NCBI GenBank assembly: GCA_023213395.1
Contig: CM041465.1
Location: 249,681,741-249,745,740 of the forward strand
Direction of reading: 5' to 3'
Length of the DNA: 64,000 nucleotides
Source of the DNA: Cycas panzhihuaensis
Lineage: Eukaryota; Plantae; Cycadophyta
The notes under the pieces were generated by a model, which was given only the letters and a program-made list of their open reading frames with translations, ran no database searches and had not been told where the DNA came from. The translations under genes were made by a program, and so were the position numbers. Positions 57,225 through 64,000 of this stretch are shown here, piece after piece. Positions within the stretch are counted from its first letter, which is position 1. Each line of letters starts with the position of its first letter.

Positions 57225-60200
57225 ATGTTTTGAAAATATATGAGTTTTCAATGTTATAACTCTTTAGCATTGCTCTAACAATAGTTACTCGTTGCTTCTA
57301 CTCTCCAAAAGTTGTGTTCCTCTCTACCTAACTTACATGTTGTATCCATAATGTAAGTTTTCTATAAAGGAATGAGGATTAGTAGCCTTTGAAACTTCCG
57401 TGATCTCCTCCAAGCTTGTGTTTTCATGACTACCTTCATGACATGACCAAAGTCTACTCTTCTTTAGCAAATCTTTTAACTTTTAGCCCATCATGGTTTA
57501 CACCATTCAAAACATTCATAATCAAATAAAATAACTCAAATTTTGAGATTATTTCTCCACTACCTAAGTCATGTTTACTCCTAGATGCATCAAATCTTTT
57601 GTCATTGGTTGCCAAATTATCTCCATTCTTCTGGGTATATATCTTCCATGAAGAAGAGTTGCTTGATCCTAGTGGATATTAAGATCCCACACTTCTTGTT
57701 GCCATGGTTTTCTTAATCTAGTTGGAGTAACCATCTTGGGGATTAGCTTGATTTCCAACAAACTTATACTCATTTTTATCTAACTAAAGTGATGTCACAA
57801 CAAGCCCATTGAGTAATAACAAGCTCATTCATTCTTTAATAATTATTTTATAGCTCTAAATTATCACAATTAGTGTCTAATTACCTTTACTTTCTCAAAA
57901 TGGGCCCAATCCATGTTATTCATAGCCAAACATGTTACCAATTAGTCATTCATGCCTCATATAAAGTTTAAATGCTATTTTGCATATCGTAATAGTCACT
58001 AATCCATTGTTGCCTTTGTTGTAACATCATTGTCAATTTCATATGAGTTCAATATTTTTACCATATATTTTTATTGCTTAAAATGAATATATTCATATTT
58101 TAGATTGTACACACATGCTTATCTTCCACTCAACAATGTATAAACAAGGTCAAACTATTTTAAAATCTTTAATATCTTCTTATGATGATAAAAATCATAT
58201 TTAGAATAACTTATTTTCTTTTCTTTTTTTTAATGACTCTACAACACCATTTTGTTCTCCTAGTAGTTTACAAAGAATTAACATCACCACTTCAAGGCTC
58301 TCATTTAGGTTACCAAATAACCTTTGATTTTGATTCAACTCCAAACTTGCCTCGTCTCAACTATATATCTTTAATGACTTAGATACCATATGAAGAAATA
58401 TACATACATGTTTTCTTAACTACAAGATCTTGATCATGCATAATAAGCATCTAGAAAATAGTACATAGTTATTTACATGGAAAACCCTTATGGGAAAAAA
58501 CCTACCGTCAAACATAAAAATATTTGATTATATAGATTTGGTCTCATGACTCATCAAGATCACTTGACCTTGGTGGTTAGCCTTGTCAGGGCCTAATGCA
58601 TCTTGGTATACCATATGTCATTCTTATTCAATATTAATAACATATATGGGATTTATATTTATAATACCTTAAGGGGTTCATCCAACCAATGGTTGTAACT
58701 CTTTGTCATATATCGTGACCTTTCATTACATCTCATGTCTCTTCATTGTGTCTCATTAAATCCTTGATCCTCATGTCTCTTTGTATCTCTCAGTTAATCT
58801 ACGTGAGTCATTAACTCGATATGAAGTTAGCCTCAACTAAGTTTACTAATAAACTTGTTCCTAATTATGTATTCCTTATCATCAAATATAACTTTATGCT
58901 TTTGCTCCATTATCTGGCCAAATGATATCAAGTTCTTGTTAAATGTAGGAACATGATTAAAACCATTGATTCATTTTGTATCTCCAAAATGTTTTTGGAT
59001 GGATACATTCCCTTTACCTATTACTACTTAGAAAGTGTAATCTCCAAACATGATTTTTCTTGTTTGAGTATTATCCAACTCCTTAAACCATTCTTTCCTA
59101 TGAATCATATGGGTAGAGCAACTTGAATCAATGTACCAACTATCTTCTTCTTTATTAGCCATTAGACTTGATAGGAAAAATCTTTCATTTTCCTTTGGTT
59201 CTTCAATTTCTATATTTACTACTCTCATTTGTATGTTGAACCTTTTTTTGAAGTAACTAATTTTTAAGTGTCTATTTTTATGGTAATAAGAACAATGTAC
59301 TATTTCTCTTTCTTTACCTCTAGGACTCATTTTTCTTTGTCCTTGATTCCTTCCCCTTGGACTTTGTTCTCTTTTTCTATAGTTTTGAGGCCTAAAACCT
59401 TGCCCTTAACCTTGAATTCTATATGCTTGTCCCTAATAAAATTATCCTTGTCCTTGATGAAATTATCCTTAGCTTCTAAAGTTTTAACCCCTTCCTCTAG
59501 GAGATTGACTCTTCCCCTAAAACTTTAACCTTCAGAAGATAGCCTAATCTTCACCTTCATGGCAAATGCATGTTCCAAGGACTTACTACCGTCTTTCTTA
59601 TCTTCAACTACTAAGAACATGGCACTAAGTTGATCAATTTAAATGTAGTTAAGCCTTTGGAGACTTTAATACTTATGGCTATTATCTTAAACCTTTTAAT
59701 GTCACTAACACTTCTTAGTTGACCTTTAAAAAAAATACTTTTGTGAAACTCAAATGACCAAACTTTTAGAGTGGCATAGAAATGCACATATACCTAGATA
59801 CTTTTAGGATGAATGCCAAACTAAATGAATAGGCTACAAATCTTAGATAAACTATGATACTAAGTGAAGGTTTATCATGATTATAAAATAGATGAGATGA
59901 GACAAGGGTATGAAGAGTGAAATAGATCCAAAATATGGGTGGTGTCGATGAACACAAGGGTCTTCAAACCCTATAGATAAATAGGTAGGACTTTGAGCAT
60001 ACACTTCAAAGTCCACCATTGCCTAATGTTGACAAATATTAGAAAATATGTTGCCAGTATATAACATATCATGATTTAGAAAATAATCCTAATGTGGGAA
60101 TTATCCCAACCAAACATATTCTTATATGCTTTATAATAAATTTTTTATCTTTAAATGTGTCATAAATAAGCCTTAAATATGTCTCTTTTTATTATTTTCT

Positions 60201-62739
60201 AACTAAACATGTTTCCAAACTCATCATCATATACTTGTTTGCATCAACATATACTCAAGAGCTTTTAAAATCATCAAAATATACTAGATCATTTCTCAAA
60301 TTTCTAAAAAAATGCACCTTTTAAAATGCTAAAAAGTATTTTTTCAACATTATTAATTAAAGTCTCCATCACATAATCTCCAAAACCTACCTTTCAATGA
60401 CTCATTGTATCCATTTCCAAGTTCTTTTTCTAACACAACTAATGACACTCAATGTTGACTCCATACTAAAATGTTATACTCAAAACATCAACAATATGCC
60501 ATGATAAAATAAAAAAGCCCCCAAAATGCCTTTAAATCCTTTTTATTTTTGGCATTAAGTCACGATATCTCTCCATATGACCATGCTATATCACTCTAGG
60601 GGGCTTATACAAATTTGGAAAGAATATTCAATCAGATTAAATTCAAAACAAACTCTATAAAAAATTCTTATATAGCAAAAAATCAATTCATCATGATTAG
60701 GGTTTTGGGCATATGAGTAGCCGCAAACTCAGAATTTAAGTGAAATTCCATCTTCGTCTTTTGATCTTGAGACCTATCAATTTTTTCTTCATCAATATTT
60801 ATGCAGTAACAATAATTTCTTCAGTGTGGATGACAAACAGTCAAATGAGCTACACATATCATCACATATCTTCAACAATGTATAATTTCTTCATTGATCA
60901 TGTTAATATAAAAAATAACACCAAATTTCTCCATTTCCCTTGTATATTATTCATCGGTGATCAATGGAATGGTATTTTAATCATCATGGGCAACTCTATG
61001 ATCTTCCAACATTGATATGCGACACTATTTGGTCATGATGAGACTATGGTGAACTTCCATTCCATTAGTAAAATTATAGCAAGACTCAACGAGATACTTG
61101 CAATCTATTGCCTTTTAGGGTTTAATATGGATTTATCCACACACACACACACACATACACACACATATATATAAACAATAATATTCTTGATAATGATCAA
61201 ATGGAAATTATGGACCTTCATGTGACTTGTGATGTTACACTCTCGCATTTAAATAAATTGCAATGCTTCAAGCCAACACCCTATCTCATTATTCATAACA
61301 TTTAATTTTCATACCCATCATTGTTAATAAATGAAGCTACTACACACTTTCGTATGTCATTACCTGAGAAATTCTACCATAATAATCTTATAATAACTAA
61401 ATCATAACAAACCCTCAAAACATTCTCATAAATAACAACTTCATGCTTCTAAAGAAATCTTAATTAACTGAATACTTATGACATCTTTGTCTTTCTATGC
61501 CTCTCATTTCATACCCATATATACTTATCAACTTTATGCTAAAACTCTAGTCTAATGCTAAGCTTCATATAATAACAACTTTCAAATAAATTTCTTATCC
61601 ATACATGCTAATTATATCAATGAATTAATGATTCATTAGTGTCTTAAAACTTTAAAACCTAAGGAAGTGTTCTCAACAAGGTAGTGAATCTCCACCGAGA
61701 TGCTTACAACTTCCTCCATAATATTAAACCAAGGAGGACATGATATTTATCACTATACATGCCTCTTATAATAATTTTCACTCACGTATGTAAGGTGTAT
61801 CTTCGTGCATTGATGAACTATATATATCACAACCTCTTCACACCTTTATGGATTCATTCAAACCTACATGCTTCATGAATATGTGCATTATATACATAAA
61901 ATAATATTCACAAAATGCATTAATCAAATCTCACTATTATTTTGAAGCTCTAATACTTTTTAACATGCTTCTATATGTGATCGCATCATATCAATATAAT
62001 AATATTTTTGGCTCATAAAGTTTGTCATACTAGTTCCTGATATTGTCTCATAGTGGATTAATACTAGCTCACACAATACATATATATATTATTCTTTGAT
62101 GGCAAAGATCATTACCATGTGCATGTGGTCTTCAACATCCTACTATGTCAGCTTGTTTCCTAATTTAGTTGTATAACTCTAAGATGATATCTTACTAGAA
62201 TCTTCATTTGTGTTTCATGATCTCTTAACCTAATCTTTAATGCCATGTTAAAATTTATTGCATACAATAATAACTTATGTAATAAAGTAGGAGGAATGTG
62301 AAACATTCACTAATATATAACTTGTAGTGAACAATATGAATCATTCATGAGGTCGTTGTGATAAATATTTAGCACAATAAATGAAGTATATACACATTAA
62401 TATAGCACAATAATCACATAAGAAAGATATCATCATGAAACACCTAATTTAGACTTAGAAATCTCTAGATGCGAAAAACCATGAAAAAATGATGGACCTC
62501 TACTCTCTCTATTAGATCGTCTAAAATATTCAAATGATATGTATACATATTTATAAATCCATCTCTTCATATATAAACTAATAATTTTATGTTAATACAT
62601 CAACCAATTAACTCATATATGATAACCTTTCATATTAACCAATGATGTTAATTTATTTCCACTTGTACTTATCTATTATCAATTACTAATAAATATTTAT
62701 GAATTATATAAGTTAATATACCTAACCATAAACCAAAAA

Positions 62740-64000
62740 TAATTGTTCTTTCTATATCATGGATTCTTACTTTGTGTTTACTAGAGATTACCATTTGGGA
62801 ATGAGATGTGTCAAGATCTTAAATAAGTGTTTCTATGGCTATTAAGACACAATGTTAGCACTTGTATAATACTCTTCTCCTCTTCTTTTCTTGCAAATTA
62901 TTTGTTATTAGTATGCAAAAACCCTTAAATTAATTTTTTAGTACACTTTTTATAATTATTTTCTCTAAACCAATCTACTTTCATGATGGAGACACAAAAT
63001 ATCAATAATAAAGGGGGTATATCTCTGATGAATTGTACCATAACCATACCCATTTTAACTTTCAAATTCATCATTGAATTATTGGATAATTATAACCTAA
63101 TTGCTTGATCTACTGAATGTATCTTTCCTTGTGACCTATTTTATTAATTAATTAGAATTAACCATCACTTTAGTACATTGTTTAAATAATTAATGATGTA
63201 ATTCTTTTACTATAAATACTAACAACTAGATGCTTATTTTTATAAATCATGTAATGATACATATAATAGACCTATATAATATCATCATTAATAGATATAT
63301 AATGGATAAAATCCTTAGCAAAATCAAGTGTCATCAAAACTAATACAATATATAGGGTATGCTTCAAGGCTTCAAAATTTAATAAGATTTATCATCTCAA
63401 ACAAAAGAAATGTTTCTTTTTTTGAATAATTTATTTAATAAAGAATCTTTATCAATGAAATATGTGATAAATCATCTCATATAATAGAAATTTTAAAGCA
63501 ATGATTTAATTTCTTTTGGAGTTTTAGCTACAAACATGTCAAACATAACCACTAATTTATTTGGGTCAACATGATATCCTAAATAAAGATGATAAAACCC
63601 AAAAGAAAAATCTATTTATAAATAACACCAAAGATGTATTTTAGTGGATTCTAGATATTTCAATATTTTTTAACATCATTCAAAGACTAATATTAGGTCT
63701 TGGTTATGATCTTTGTTTTTTAGGAATGGCCTTTTAAGTCATTAGTGTATGCTTCAACAAATAGATTAATGGCATTATCAAATAATAAAGTCATAGCATA
63801 TTGGTATGTGTCCTTTATATTAATGAGGCAAAGGTACCCCAAAGGGATGTGAAGGATATTTTGAGTTAGTTTGTCTTAGAAATAATAATCTTATGGTAAT
63901 AAAATAAGCCATCTATCAAAGACATGAATCCCTAATAAGACACTTGGACAAATATTGAATTAATAAATCATTTTGGAAAAGTATATTTTTAACATCCTTG
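62740..64000 (-). pseudogene. Degenerate Ty3/Gypsy RT(-RNase H) remnant running off the right edge
   Basis: Minus strand: MSLIDGLFYYHKI..KISFTSLWGTFA..TYQYAM..LFD..VEAYTNDL, matching Gypsy RT DGxSGYHQI..KTxFxTPWGTFxY..TYQRAM..VExYxDD. Confidence 0.75.

Larger units (their letters stand above)
53543..58851 (-). mobile_element. Gag-only non-autonomous LTR element C (TR-GAG-like) inserted in Copia A
   Basis: LTRs ~53545-54006 and 58391-58851; PBS 58375-58388; PPT 54007-54020; perfect TSD AACTT (53538-53542 / 58852-58856); no IN/RT/RNase H recognisable. Confidence 0.9.

Overview
AT-rich land-plant heterochromatin made almost entirely of decayed retroelements; no intact host gene was found. Left third: relics of Gypsy, RTE-like and Copia pol, two very large (TA)n/(CA)n arrays that clip a non-autonomous LTR-element fragment, an L1 fragment, and a recent ~4.4-kb tandem duplication (10755-15154 / 15156-21491). 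The second duplicate carries an extra 1936-bp cassette inside a small non-autonomous LTR element (E). This cassette holds captured host-gene pieces: an intron-containing 5' piece and a PEP-carboxylase fragment fused in frame to an RWD/RING (RNF25-like) E3-ligase fragment. Middle: an integrase-less Copia (F) inserted in a microsatellite and a near full-length L1 (G) interrupted by a solo LTR. Right half: a four-level nest in which non-autonomous LTR element D contains Copia A, A contains Copia B and gag-only element C, and B contains the RNase H-bearing L1 H; most junctions show target-site duplications. The most novel-looking signal is a ~420-nt non-coding module just upstream of gag in two otherwise divergent Copia elements (B and F). 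It keeps several stems and a GGTGAGT donor-like motif, making it a candidate conserved structured leader RNA. All long ORFs in the track over the microsatellites are artefacts. Identities and alignments were judged by eye and element letters are my own labels.
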